64,000 nucleotides of DNA from a virus. The translations under genes were made by a program, and so were the position numbers. The DNA is taken from positions 1 through 64,000 of the IMG/VR virus record IMGVR_UViG_3300025617_000009; one strand, given 5' to 3'. Below, one piece after another: positions 17,595-27,685 of the stretch. The notes under the pieces are model-generated. The model was not told where the DNA came from. It worked only from the letters and a program-made list of their open reading frames with translations, and did no database searches. Within the stretch, counting starts at the first letter, position 1. Every line of letters starts with the position of its first letter.

Positions 17595-18101
17595 TTACAT
17601 AAGTTGTGAATAATCAATTAATTCGCTCTGTCTAGAAATTTCCTTAACAAACATAGCACACATAGGTTTCTTTCCTGTAGTTATTGGAATGCATAATAAC
17701 TGTCCATTTCTTACTTTAGGAAAGTACCATTTTACATCGCTGTAAAAATTAGTTATTTTAATCTCGCCAAACTCGTGTTTAAAACTGGATAAAGGATTAA
17801 ACAAAAATGCATCAAACCCTCTATCATTTAAACTTGTCAACGGAAGAACTTCTAAATCATTTCCACTTTCACTATCCCCTACTGCAATGTGCCAGTCTAG
17901 AGGCATGGTTACTTCTTGTCCGGCAATTTCTAACACCATTGCAGGAGAACTAAATGACTCTAAAAAGATCAAAGGAGGAAAAAAGAAATCTGGATCTTTT
18001 GGATCTGAATTATCTAAAACAGCAAACCTTACATCATCTTCTAGTTGTTCTGGTAAATTGTTTAAGAAAAAACATTCATTGTCTAGTGTTAATATTCTCA
18101 T
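17595..18101 (-). CDS. Hypothetical protein with probable degenerate HINT fold
   Basis: 168 aa; strand pattern follows HINT/hedgehog blocks but catalytic residues are absent. Confidence 0.55.
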   Translation of the reverse strand: MRILTLDNECFFLNNLPEQLEDDVRFAVLDNSDPKDPDFFFPPLIFLESFSSPAMVLEIAGQEVTMPLDWHIAVGDSESGNDLEVLPLTSLNDRGFDAFLFNPLSSFKHEFGEIKITNFYSDVKWYFPKVRNGQLLCIPITTGKKPMCAMFVKEISRQSELIDYSQLM

Positions 18102-18102
18102 T

Positions 18103-19566
18103 TTAATTCCAATCTATTTTTTCTATTGTAAAAGGATATTGTGCATCCTTGTAAAACTTCTTACGTTGTGTAAGATGTCGCTTTGCAAATTTACAGCTAC
18201 TTGTAATATCCCATATCTGTACAAAGTCTTTGTCTTTTGCCTTTCTTACGCCTCTGCCTATACTTTGAATTACCCTAACAAAACTTTTCCCAGGCTCAAT
18301 AAGCACGAGATTAAAAATACGAGGAATATTAATGCCAACGGCGGCAACACCATATGTTGCAATAACCACATGATTGTCTGCTTGATTAATTTCATCATAT
18401 GCTTCTTTTCTGTCTTTAAGTTTAACATCACCTTTGACAAACACTGAACCTTCAATGCGTTCTTGTAACATTTCACCTGCACTAATCCTGTCTACAAGAA
18501 TAAGTGTGTTACCTTCTTGTCTTACATTGTTGAGCAGTTTTGCAATATAGTCAATCCTGTCTGTGTTTGTTACTAGGTATTTTAATTCTGATTGATAATC
18601 TCTATGTGCTACAGTATCTATAAGCTGACAAATGTTTACATGGCAGTTGGATAATACACCTTTATCTTGTAGTTCTTTTGCTGTGATCTGTCCAATAACA
18701 GGACCAAGACTTGCGTGGATACTTTCAAACTCAAACGATTCTTTAGGCACTGTGCCTGTTAGTCCCCAACGGATAGGTGCATTGCGTAGGTTGCGTGTAA
18801 GCAAGTTCTTGAGAACTTCTGCTTTAGCTTGGTGTACTTCGTCGACAATAATAGTGCTTACACCGTCTAAGAACTCTGCGAGGCTTAGTACTGCACTGCC
18901 GTCTTTGAACTTCTTGTCTAGAATGTTCAAGCTCTGCCATGTACAGATAGTGTGAGTCTTACCTAACTCTTTCCTGTCTCCGAAGTACACCCCTACATCC
19001 AAGCCGCAGTTGCGATAGTCTTCTTCTGTTTGTGTAACAAGTGATTTGTTAGGCACAATAACTAGACTACGTCCATACGGCTCACTAATATGTGACAAGG
19101 TTGCTGTGGTAATTGTTTTGCCTGCACCTGTTGCAATCTCTTGCAGGCTCTGTGGGTTTTGTAGAAAGTTGTTTATTGCTTCAACTTGATAGTCACGTAG
19201 GATAATGTCTTCGCCTTCCGCTGGATGTCCTTTAGGCCATTTAACACCTTGATCCTTCCAATAGTTTTCTGTGATCGTTTCAAAATTTAAATCTACAGGA
19301 TGCCGTCTATCTTCAATGTCTACAATTTCAACATTATTTTTTTGTAGTACTTCTACAATTTTGTCTAAATGATTAACATAGCCTGTGCCACCTATTCCAA
19401 AGAATGCAACTTTACCATCCCAACGCCCAAGTTTATACTGAGGCATATATCGTGCATAAGGTACTTCAAACTTCAGCGCAGAACTGAGCTTTCTCCTTAT
19501 GTCTACATCGAGTCCTTCGAGTTTGATGTTTACTTCATCTTCAATGATAAGTTTACAAGTTGCCAT
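18103..19566 (-). CDS. uvsW: UvsW-like SF2 DNA helicase
   Basis: LRDYQ, ATGAGKT, DEVH, GLTGT, QSIGRG motifs. Confidence 0.9.
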   Translation of the reverse strand: MATCKLIIEDEVNIKLEGLDVDIRRKLSSALKFEVPYARYMPQYKLGRWDGKVAFFGIGGTGYVNHLDKIVEVLQKNNVEIVDIEDRRHPVDLNFETITENYWKDQGVKWPKGHPAEGEDIILRDYQVEAINNFLQNPQSLQEIATGAGKTITTATLSHISEPYGRSLVIVPNKSLVTQTEEDYRNCGLDVGVYFGDRKELGKTHTICTWQSLNILDKKFKDGSAVLSLAEFLDGVSTIIVDEVHQAKAEVLKNLLTRNLRNAPIRWGLTGTVPKESFEFESIHASLGPVIGQITAKELQDKGVLSNCHVNICQLIDTVAHRDYQSELKYLVTNTDRIDYIAKLLNNVRQEGNTLILVDRISAGEMLQERIEGSVFVKGDVKLKDRKEAYDEINQADNHVVIATYGVAAVGINIPRIFNLVLIEPGKSFVRVIQSIGRGVRKAKDKDFVQIWDITSSCKFAKRHLTQRKKFYKDAQYPFTIEKIDWN

Positions 19567-20798
19567 TATATAATATCGTACTGCTTATATCCAAAAATAG
19601 TAAAAGAACTCATACTTTCTACATCGTACACTATCAAATCACATTGCATCATATACTTAGAAAGTTCTTGAGGAATTCTTTCATCTGAAAAAGTTAACCA
19701 TGCTTCAGGAAGTATTTTACTTTCAAGTGTTGGCTTACTAATCTTACTATTAGTATACACGACTTTTGTAGTTTTTGCAAGAGTATTATTTAATTTGTTA
19801 TTTTTAATATATTCATTAAAATTAATATTATTTTCATCGGTATTGTCTAGCCTAAACATTACGCTTATTGATTCAGCGTCTACGTAATCTTTTAATATTT
19901 CATGTGTTTGCATTAACTGTTCATATTCTTTTTGATCAGTTAAATGTATAAAAAGAGGATAACGATCTAACTCATTAAAACTATGTAAAACAGGTTTTAA
20001 GTTTGTATGATTAGTTTTATTCCAAACTCCTGGAAATTTTCTATGAGTCAATTGTTGGGTAAACTCACTGCAAGTTTCAAAACTTGCATCTAAATCTGTT
20101 TGATCAAAATAAGATAATCCATACAGTGCCTTGCGATCATAAAACTTGTATAATGTTTCTTTACAAGGTATGCCTAGTTTATCTATAATATATGTACTAG
20201 CATTTTCTCTAAGATGTTTGATTTCATAGTCGTAAACACCGGGTACATAATCTTGAGCATTAAGGTCAATGTCTTTTACAAAGTCTAACAGTTCTTGCAC
20301 TTCGTCTTGAACAGTGAATCCAGGAAAGTTATAACCTTTGTAAAAGTTATATAAGTTGCGTGGAGTTACACTAATAAAATGTTCGTGTGAGCCTTTTCTA
20401 TGCAAATATTGTAGGTGAGGAACTTTTTCTTTGATAGATTGCACAGCAATGATTTGTTTTTTACTAAATGGAAAACGTATTCTAATAGCATCATTGTTGA
20501 ACTCTTCTACATACTCAAGAGTGATTTCTTTTCGTCTATCAATCTCTCTAAATGGGAATCTAACTTTTTGAGTGCTGGCGTCTAAGTCAATGCCTTGCGC
20601 ATCAAAAAACTCTGCATACTCATTGCATTTTTCTACAAGAGCATTATACTGACGCTCAGTAAGAGCCATGCCTTTGTTTAGTTGGCTGTTAATGCTGTTT
20701 AAAAATGTTACATCTTTTTTGTCTAATCTAAAACTAGGACTATAGATGTTTTCAGATACTAATAGATTAAGACAGTCTTCAATATAAAATACATTCAT
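19566..20798 (-). CDS. Hypothetical protein, possible HARP-like/inactive helicase-associated
   Basis: 410 aa coupled to uvsW; LTERQ and IRFPFSKK segments; own sigma70 promoter. Confidence 0.6.
   Translation of the reverse strand: MNVFYIEDCLNLLVSENIYSPSFRLDKKDVTFLNSINSQLNKGMALTERQYNALVEKCNEYAEFFDAQGIDLDASTQKVRFPFREIDRRKEITLEYVEEFNNDAIRIRFPFSKKQIIAVQSIKEKVPHLQYLHRKGSHEHFISVTPRNLYNFYKGYNFPGFTVQDEVQELLDFVKDIDLNAQDYVPGVYDYEIKHLRENASTYIIDKLGIPCKETLYKFYDRKALYGLSYFDQTDLDASFETCSEFTQQLTHRKFPGVWNKTNHTNLKPVLHSFNELDRYPLFIHLTDQKEYEQLMQTHEILKDYVDAESISVMFRLDNTDENNINFNEYIKNNKLNNTLAKTTKVVYTNSKISKPTLESKILPEAWLTFSDERIPQELSKYMMQCDLIVYDVESMSSFTIFGYKQYDII
19752..19780 (-). promoter_or_regulatory. Internal sigma70-type promoter upstream of uvsW
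   Basis: TTGCAA-17nt-TATACT. Confidence 0.45.
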
Positions 20799-20804
20799 GT
20801 TATT

Positions 20805-20832
20805 ATTATAACATGTTGATTTTACTTGTCAA
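20805..20832 (-). promoter_or_regulatory. sigma70-type promoter (probably leaderless)
   Basis: TTGACA-16nt-TATAAT with TG extension, then 6 nt to ATG 20798. Confidence 0.75.
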
Positions 20833-21660
20833 GTTCTTTATAGGTAAGCCTTGTGCTATCTCATCCACGGTCCATTCTGTGTGAGCATAGTCGTTGAGCC
20901 ATTGTTGTCTATCTGGAGTGGGAGGATTATCTAGGTTGGTTAAACTTTTGATAGAGACGTCCCACGCAAGACTTGATGGCGATGTATAACTAGGCACGCC
21001 TTCTATCACTGAATGAATGCCTGGATTACTAGTCCAACTTACTGTACAGTACGTGTTACCAAACTTCATATCAAAGTCGTCGTAGGTGCCTGGTATGTGT
21101 CTAGGAGGTTGTCTTGTAACGTCTTTGAACTGACGTTCTATTCCTCGCACAGGACACCTTGGATGAGGACGAAATACAATAAGACGATCTGTATAATGAC
21201 GAATATTCTCTATGGTTTCTGCAACCCAACGTTCCATACTGGGTAATAAGTTCCATTGATAACTTTTATCGTGTTGCCCGCAGAGTAGAATGTTCTCTCC
21301 ATCCGTGCGCCAAGGCTTTAGTGACAAGCCAAGTAGATTAGCACGAACACTGTCATGCCCACCGTTACTAAAAAAAGCATCTCCGTTAATCCCATTAAGC
21401 CCTACTTTCCAAGTTGTTCCCCGCTTTATACCGCCTACTTCTAAGACCACCACCGGTTTGGATTTTTCCAGTGCTCTCTCCCATATTGCACGATTTCCAG
21501 ACATACGACCATGGAAAAGAACGCTCCATATAACATCAACGTCCCCGTCAGTAGTATTGAAGCCAACATCATAACCGAGAGACTGACAACCGCGATGAAA
21601 AGCGTCAAACACTGGTTTAGAATTGAGTGCGCCATATTGTGTCCATAAATTAAACTTCAT
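20806..21660 (-). CDS. Capsule-synthesis-type GT-B glycosyltransferase
   Basis: LKPWR, CGQ, FRPHP, TSNPGIHSVIEGVP, C-terminal WT.DEI..G. Confidence 0.7.
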   Translation of the reverse strand: MKFNLWTQYGALNSKPVFDAFHRGCQSLGYDVGFNTTDGDVDVIWSVLFHGRMSGNRAIWERALEKSKPVVVLEVGGIKRGTTWKVGLNGINGDAFFSNGGHDSVRANLLGLSLKPWRTDGENILLCGQHDKSYQWNLLPSMERWVAETIENIRHYTDRLIVFRPHPRCPVRGIERQFKDVTRQPPRHIPGTYDDFDMKFGNTYCTVSWTSNPGIHSVIEGVPSYTSPSSLAWDVSIKSLTNLDNPPTPDRQQWLNDYAHTEWTVDEIAQGLPIKNLTSKINML

Positions 21661-22411
21661 CTTCTATATCTTTATTTAAATCATATAGCTCTTCTAAATC
21701 TTTAGGATTTATTCTGTCTTTTAACCCAGCTTTTAAATGTGTAAGATAAGGTGCTAGTACACTCTTGCCTATAGGCGTTTTATATTTGTATGCTTCTGGA
21801 CTTAGTTCACACATTTTTGCACCTTGTTGTTCTAATCTTTTTACAGTAAGACCATAAACTTCTCCGTCGTAGAATCTACGTAATAAAGTAACATCGTCGT
21901 GTGTATATATGTACTTGTATGTTTCATAAAAGTCTTTAAACATTGGATGCTTGCAGTTTAACATTGTAAATCCTGTTTCACAACTAAAATAAGTTTTATC
22001 GTCTTGAGTATGTTGCACACCAAAATGAGCACTTAATGTATCGTCCGGACACATCCATGCAAATAGCTGTTCAGGAATAGTAGCAGTAAGTATTAAATCT
22101 GCATCTAACCAAATTAGTCTATCAACGTCTGATTCTAAACATTCTTCCATTGCAGCAATCAAAGAAAACCCTTTTTTACTAAATGTTACAACTTTAGAGT
22201 TACTTTTCCATCTTTCGACGAACTCTAAATAATCGTCTCCAAGATTCCATCCTTTAGACACTACTCCTTTTACTTTAGAACTAAAATGATCTTCGTTATA
22301 CAAGTCAATATTATAAAATTTTCCTTGTGTTTTTTTAAAACTTTTTAACATAGCCTTGCCGCAATGATTATAGTATTTCCAGCTCATGCTGGTTACAAAC
22401 TTAATGTTCAT
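21650..22411 (-). CDS. GT-A glycosyltransferase (WLDAD)
   Basis: FVTS, FSKKGFS, WLDAD, ETGF, YDG, HLKA. Confidence 0.72.
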   Translation of the reverse strand: MNIKFVTSMSWKYYNHCGKAMLKSFKKTQGKFYNIDLYNEDHFSSKVKGVVSKGWNLGDDYLEFVERWKSNSKVVTFSKKGFSLIAAMEECLESDVDRLIWLDADLILTATIPEQLFAWMCPDDTLSAHFGVQHTQDDKTYFSCETGFTMLNCKHPMFKDFYETYKYIYTHDDVTLLRRFYDGEVYGLTVKRLEQQGAKMCELSPEAYKYKTPIGKSVLAPYLTHLKAGLKDRINPKDLEELYDLNKDIEDEV

Positions 22412-23223
22412 AGATTTTTCCAATATGATTCTGTTCTAGGCTTTATCAAATCTTGCCGTTTACTTTTACCCAAGTCTTTTCTTCCGCCTTTAAGGTGATC
22501 TAGATAAGCACCCCACACACTGTTAATCAAGGGATGTCCTTCTCCTTTGATTAATCCCCTGCCCCAGTCTATACACTTTAAAGGCAAGCTCTTTCTTACT
22601 TCTTCAAATACATAACTGTCATGCCATTCTTCCATTTTAAATATTCCGTTTTCGGCATCGTCATATACTCGTTGAAACTCTTGTAAAAACTTTTGTCCTA
22701 GTAATGATTTTAAGTTAACACTATAAAATCCACATTCAGGCCATTTGCGTTCTCTGCCAATATATCCTAGATCCATGTCGTTAGGAATAAGGTTATTGAG
22801 TTTTTCTATGGTTATATGACTATGGCAAAACATATCAGCGTCCATCCAAATAAGAACATCGGCATCTGTATTTTTAGCAGCGTGAAAAATAGAATATACT
22901 TTGTGGCTAAATCTAACAGCGTCCCATTTAAAGTCTTTCCAACTATCCCTGCGTTTTGCAAGATGAGGTACAGAGCTTACATCGCCATTTGCTTTAGGTA
23001 CACTCTTCCACTGTGTTTTAAATGCAACCAAGTCTGGCACACTAGTATGGCTATCAAAAAGTTCTATTCTATTATGATCTCTGATTATAGGATTACAGTC
23101 TTCTGCATATACATATAGTTTAACTTGTTTAGGCCAAGCATCTAAAAAACTATCAATCATACGTTGACCGTATTGTTTTAATCCTTTTTGATTAAATGTT
23201 GTTACAACTATAAATTTTCTCAT
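22408..23223 (-). CDS. GT-A glycosyltransferase (WMDAD)
   Basis: VTTF, AVRFSHKVY, WMDAD, ECGF, EWHDSYVF, HLKG. Confidence 0.75.
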   Translation of the reverse strand: MRKFIVVTTFNQKGLKQYGQRMIDSFLDAWPKQVKLYVYAEDCNPIIRDHNRIELFDSHTSVPDLVAFKTQWKSVPKANGDVSSVPHLAKRRDSWKDFKWDAVRFSHKVYSIFHAAKNTDADVLIWMDADMFCHSHITIEKLNNLIPNDMDLGYIGRERKWPECGFYSVNLKSLLGQKFLQEFQRVYDDAENGIFKMEEWHDSYVFEEVRKSLPLKCIDWGRGLIKGEGHPLINSVWGAYLDHLKGGRKDLGKSKRQDLIKPRTESYWKNL

Positions 23224-24131
23224 AAGTATTCTTTTATTATATTCCAAGCTATGCCTTGTTTTAAATCATCATAGTTAAAGTGACACATTGCAATTTTTTC
23301 CAACCATGCTTGTCTATCAAACACTCTAGGACTCTCTATTAGTGTAAGATCTTTGTTAGCAACATCAAATGCTTGACTTATCCTAGGGTTAGGATCTGTT
23401 ACGAACACTGGTATTCCTTCAATGGCGCTAGCTACACCCGGACTAGAGTTATATGTTATACATGCCCATGCTCCGGATAAATCATGCTGAATCGTTTTTG
23501 CATTACTTATTCTTACTTGAGGATGATTTATTTTTAAGTACTGCTGTGCTCTGCGATCACCAGGGTGGGCTCTAACAACTATAGGACGATCAGATAGTTT
23601 AGTTAGAGTTTTAATAGTAGTATTACACCATTCCATAACATCTAATCCACCCATGCTCCAGCCACCATTACGCTGAAGACAAATCAATATATGCTGTCCT
23701 TGTGTACGCCAAGGTTTTACTTGTATGTTTAAATTTTTTTGTATCTTTGTCCAACGACTAGGATCGACATTGTCTGTAAAATATGTCCCTGTTGTAGGGA
23801 ATACATCATTTAAACTAAAACGAAGGTAATGTTGTTTGTTTGTAGGTTCTACATATAAAAACAAGTTACTGTCTATAGCAAGTGTGTGTTTGCCTATTTC
23901 TCTTTGTTTATCGATAACTTCTTTTCTAAAACGAAGATGAGGAGACTTTTGACTTTGTTGATGCACCCATCCTTGTATTACTGCCAAGTCACTAGGTTCC
24001 CAACGTGCTTGTTCTATTTCTTTGCTTTGTCCTTGAGACACACCTACATGAAAGTTATGAAGTACATCACGTTTTTCTGGTTTAGTATTTTTTGCAGGAA
24101 TACCTGCGTAATATACTCTAACTGTCTTCAT
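23220..24131 (-). CDS. Capsule-synthesis-type GT-B glycosyltransferase
   Basis: VKPWR, CLQ, VRAHP, YNSSPGVASAIEGIP; paralog of 20806. Confidence 0.7.
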   Translation of the reverse strand: MKTVRVYYAGIPAKNTKPEKRDVLHNFHVGVSQGQSKEIEQARWEPSDLAVIQGWVHQQSQKSPHLRFRKEVIDKQREIGKHTLAIDSNLFLYVEPTNKQHYLRFSLNDVFPTTGTYFTDNVDPSRWTKIQKNLNIQVKPWRTQGQHILICLQRNGGWSMGGLDVMEWCNTTIKTLTKLSDRPIVVRAHPGDRRAQQYLKINHPQVRISNAKTIQHDLSGAWACITYNSSPGVASAIEGIPVFVTDPNPRISQAFDVANKDLTLIESPRVFDRQAWLEKIAMCHFNYDDLKQGIAWNIIKEYL

Positions 24132-24891
24132 TTAATATCCTATGTGCTAATCCACTTTTCATTTCATCTACGTGAAACTGTCCATAAGCTAAATGGTGTG
24201 CCCATTTATGTATTTTATCCATATCTTGTACAGTTGGTTGTTCAATTAGACTTAGATTCTTATCACAAACAGGATCAGCCGCTGTAGGTGCTAGTGTAAA
24301 CGCTGGAACGCCATATAGCACACTTTCTACAGCCGCAATACTTTGATATGTTACAAGTGCATGACAATCTTTTAAATCGTCAAATATTGTATTTGTAATA
24401 CGTTGTTGTCTAGATACTTTGTCTCTAATGATAATAGGACGTTCAGTATACTTTTTTATCTCCGCAACAGTTTCTCTAACCCAAGCATTTCTATCTATAC
24501 CATAAAATTTACAAGGTTTTTCGCTTGGCGTAACTAATAATATGTGATTGCCAGTCTTTCTAGATTCTATCGTATACTCTAGTTTACTCCAACGATCGTC
24601 GGGTCTGTCTATTATCTTGTTATGTTGCACATCGTTCTTTACAATACGATGCCACAACTTCCAGCCATGCGGATTAGCAGAAGATTTATAGTTACCTACA
24701 TAACCGCTGTCCATGTAATAAAATGTGTGATTATTATCTAAGCACCATTGTATAAGTTTGCGTTTACCCATGCTACGAATCATTATGGGCTTATTACCAA
24801 AGTCGTAGTCGTAACTTTCTATAGGCAAGCCTGCACCGTGTGCAAACATGTTCACATATTCGTCTGTGAGATTTTTACTCAGGCATATCAT
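24118..24891 (-). CDS. Capsule-synthesis-type GT-B glycosyltransferase (HP motif replaced by RDK)
   Basis: MDSGY, RPIIIRDK, YQSIAAVESVLYGVP, QFHVDEM; start reassigned to MICLSK. Confidence 0.65.
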   Translation of the reverse strand: MICLSKNLTDEYVNMFAHGAGLPIESYDYDFGNKPIMIRSMGKRKLIQWCLDNNHTFYYMDSGYVGNYKSSANPHGWKLWHRIVKNDVQHNKIIDRPDDRWSKLEYTIESRKTGNHILLVTPSEKPCKFYGIDRNAWVRETVAEIKKYTERPIIIRDKVSRQQRITNTIFDDLKDCHALVTYQSIAAVESVLYGVPAFTLAPTAADPVCDKNLSLIEQPTVQDMDKIHKWAHHLAYGQFHVDEMKSGLAHRILNEDS

Positions 24892-25558
24892 GCTGTTGGC
24901 AATACTCTGTATAGATGCGTTCTCTATGCCATTCGTCGCCCATGGGTGTTGTAGCAAACTCGTGAAAACTAGGAGTACCTAATGTGTAGTGTAGTAGTTT
25001 AGCATCTGGATTAGCGCCGTATTCATCTGGCAACCAGTTCCATTCAGGAGAAAGTTCTCCTATGCGTTCATCCTCAATGTGCTGAAATCTATGTAGTTGA
25101 GCACCTGTGGCATTTTGTACATATTCTGGTGTAAGTCTTTTATTAGGGAAACTAGCACAGTTCCAAAGAATAACAGAACTCCAGTTTTTTCTAGGGTAGT
25201 TTTCGTTTTTACTTCCAAGATACTTTTCAGTCATCTTAGTTTGGTAATCGTGTTTTACAACCATTACATCTTTATCAGTTTCTTTTAAGTTCCACAACTT
25301 ATAGATGTCGTCACGAACAATCATATCGCCATCCATGAAGATTGCCCAACCTGTATAGTTCATTAAATGCGGAACAAGAAAACGACTGTAAATAAAATGG
25401 TTTGATCCGTCTGTGTGTTTTTCTTCGTAGTCTTGTAGTAAGTTTAATGCTAGAGGAATAATCTGTACAGGGCCGCTTGCATGTCTAATAATAGAGTTTG
25501 CACATACGTGAAAGGCTATTGCTTCTCTAGGATCATATCCTATAAAAATTGGAATCAT
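24875..25558 (-). CDS. Glycosyltransferase (GT8-like)
   Basis: IFIGYDPRE, FIYSRFLVP, FMDGD, YPRKNWSS, WNWL, HYTLGTP. Confidence 0.8.
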   Translation of the reverse strand: MIPIFIGYDPREAIAFHVCANSIIRHASGPVQIIPLALNLLQDYEEKHTDGSNHFIYSRFLVPHLMNYTGWAIFMDGDMIVRDDIYKLWNLKETDKDVMVVKHDYQTKMTEKYLGSKNENYPRKNWSSVILWNCASFPNKRLTPEYVQNATGAQLHRFQHIEDERIGELSPEWNWLPDEYGANPDAKLLHYTLGTPSFHEFATTPMGDEWHRERIYTEYCQQHDMPE

Positions 25559-26325
25559 CGTCTTTCAATATCCTCTTCTACACATACAGTACCCCATTGA
25601 ATTTCAAGAACATGTGCATTTTCTGTTCCTGGATTACTTGCCTGATGCCATACTTCTTTGCCTATTTTATAAGTAAAACTGTCTGATGTTAGATGCACAC
25701 TTTCTTTAATTCTATTATATTCAGTATCCATCTTAACACTGCCTTCGAGTACAGTCCAATCTTCCGAACGTTTAAAATGTCGTTGATCGCTTAGACTTTT
25801 TCCAGGATAGATTACAAGTTCTTTAACTTTATAACCTTTACTAGGTTTATCGTCTAATACTCTCCAATAACCCCAGTCACGTTCTGTCTTTTGTGTTTTC
25901 CACTCGTCTAATATCCACGAGCTAGAATTCTTTTTATTTTCACCACCTATGCCAAACTCGAAACTTAGATTATCTGCTATGACTTTCATTTCAGGAATAT
26001 TTTTGCTAGTTCTGTCGCCACCGTTAGCAAACACAACTTCGTCTTCTTCATAGTTCCAGCACGAATCTTGTACAAACTTAGTACAAGTGTCATCAGCATC
26101 ATAGTCGTCATCAAATGCTACAACAGCGTCTACCATAGATAGTGCTCTAATAACTTCTGCTCTTTCTTCTAAAGGCATAAACGGTCTGCCTTTCTTGCGT
26201 GTAAGCCAAGCATCGCTGTTAATGCCAACTACAAGTCGATCACCTAATGTTTTAGCTTCTTTGAAATATTCTATATGACCTGAATGAAGTGGATCAAATC
26301 CACCTGTAACTAATACTACTCTCAT
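25555..26325 (-). CDS. HxGH cytidylyl/adenylyltransferase fused to a mannose-6-phosphate isomerase-type cupin
   Basis: GGFDPLHSGH, FANGGDR, KKNSSS; C-terminal RDWGYWRVL...SLSDQRHFKRSEDW...WH. Confidence 0.85.
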   Translation of the reverse strand: MRVVLVTGGFDPLHSGHIEYFKEAKTLGDRLVVGINSDAWLTRKKGRPFMPLEERAEVIRALSMVDAVVAFDDDYDADDTCTKFVQDSCWNYEEDEVVFANGGDRTSKNIPEMKVIADNLSFEFGIGGENKKNSSSWILDEWKTQKTERDWGYWRVLDDKPSKGYKVKELVIYPGKSLSDQRHFKRSEDWTVLEGSVKMDTEYNRIKESVHLTSDSFTYKIGKEVWHQASNPGTENAHVLEIQWGTVCVEEDIERR

Positions 26326-26330
26326 GTAGA

Positions 26331-26338
26331 TATTTATA
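26331..26338 (-). promoter_or_regulatory. T4-type late promoter TATAAATA within the glycan cluster
   Basis: Exact TATAAATA, 5 nt before ATG 26325. Confidence 0.7.
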
Positions 26339-26343
26339 TGCTA

Positions 26344-27105
26344 CTATAATAGATTTAAAACTTTTTGATAAAAGTTATTATTATAGTCTCTACATTCTTC
26401 TAAAAACCCATTTATAATAGGACTACTAGCCGAAGTTTTCCATTGAGAAATGTGAGGTATCAGAGTAGGTTGATATTTCATATGATCGAACTTTACACTC
26501 CACGACAAAACTCTAACATCTTTTTCAAGTAGTTGTCCCCAAAACGCACCGTGATAACTATCAGTGATAATAGTTTTTGCACTACCTAAAAAATCTATTA
26601 CAGCATCAAAATCCATATTGCTGTTTGACATATGTATATCGCCTTTGGAATATTCATATTTAGACTTAAATGCATGAGTATAATAAACTACATCGTGTTT
26701 AACTTCATATTGTTTGTCAAATGCTGTATGCATGCAACTTACACACGGAAGATATGAATCATAATGTCCTGGTATCCAATCACGAATACCTACAAGGTTA
26801 CATTTCTTAATATAATCTGGATAATATTTTATCCCTTTAGCAACAGCTTTTCGACCAAAGTTATGTCCTATCCCCCAAAGTACTGCATTTTTTGGTTTTT
26901 TGTCAAGCAGTAATTCTATGTGCTGACTAAATTTTTTATGTATTAATCCACCACCGCCTACTACTAAAGTTTGATCAGTAATAGGAAATCCGTTATAAAG
27001 TAACTCGCCTGATTCATATTCAGGAAAATCAAAATAACGCCCAGGATTGCAAAAATAATCTCCAACGTTATTTTTTACTTTTCGATGTACCTCGTAAGTT
27101 TTCAT
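26344..27105 (-). CDS. Polysaccharide pyruvyl transferase family protein
   Basis: NVGD, VGGGGL, WGIG, GIRD, TDSYHG. Confidence 0.8.
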   Translation of the reverse strand: MKTYEVHRKVKNNVGDYFCNPGRYFDFPEYESGELLYNGFPITDQTLVVGGGGLIHKKFSQHIELLLDKKPKNAVLWGIGHNFGRKAVAKGIKYYPDYIKKCNLVGIRDWIPGHYDSYLPCVSCMHTAFDKQYEVKHDVVYYTHAFKSKYEYSKGDIHMSNSNMDFDAVIDFLGSAKTIITDSYHGAFWGQLLEKDVRVLSWSVKFDHMKYQPTLIPHISQWKTSASSPIINGFLEECRDYNNNFYQKVLNLL

Positions 27106-27685
27106 TATATTTATAAATCTCTTTTTTTAGTGGCCCAGTAAAATGTAATACATGTGCCTTCTCTTTTAACCTAGGAGATGCACAATTCCACTCAAAACTT
27201 ATCTGTTGAAAAATGTTTCTTCCTTGCTGAATCCATTCATCTTGTAACCAAATTATATGTCCATTTTCGCCTTCGGTAGTTACAAAATATCCTTTACCCC
27301 TAGGTATCCTATATTTTAATTTTTCTTTTAGTTGTTTAATAAAATCTCTACTATGGTCATTATTTTTAAAATATATAAATCCACTATTTAATCTCCCTGA
27401 CTTTCCGTTTACATAGAATATACTTTTCTTTTTATTAAGAAAGTTTATAGGCGGACAACGATCTTTAATATAACAGTCGCCGTCAATTAAGCACACATCT
27501 TCATCTGTTGTATTAAGAAGATTTTCTAATTCATCTATTTTTGCCCGCTTCCAATTGCGAGATTCTTGAGAGCCTTTTATTAAATTATAAGTGTAATCAT
27601 TCTTTCGGCACCATATAATTTGACTAGAAATACATGGTTTATATTTTTCTATATAGTCATCTGATGCGGTACACAATAATATCAT
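27068..27685 (-). CDS. GT-A glycosyltransferase (GT34/GT77-like)
   Basis: WKRAKI, IDGDC, LNSGFIY, EWN, VLHFTG. Confidence 0.65.
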   Translation of the reverse strand: MILLCTASDDYIEKYKPCISSQIIWCRKNDYTYNLIKGSQESRNWKRAKIDELENLLNTTDEDVCLIDGDCYIKDRCPPINFLNKKKSIFYVNGKSGRLNSGFIYFKNNDHSRDFIKQLKEKLKYRIPRGKGYFVTTEGENGHIIWLQDEWIQQGRNIFQQISFEWNCASPRLKEKAHVLHFTGPLKKEIYKYNENLRGTSKSKK

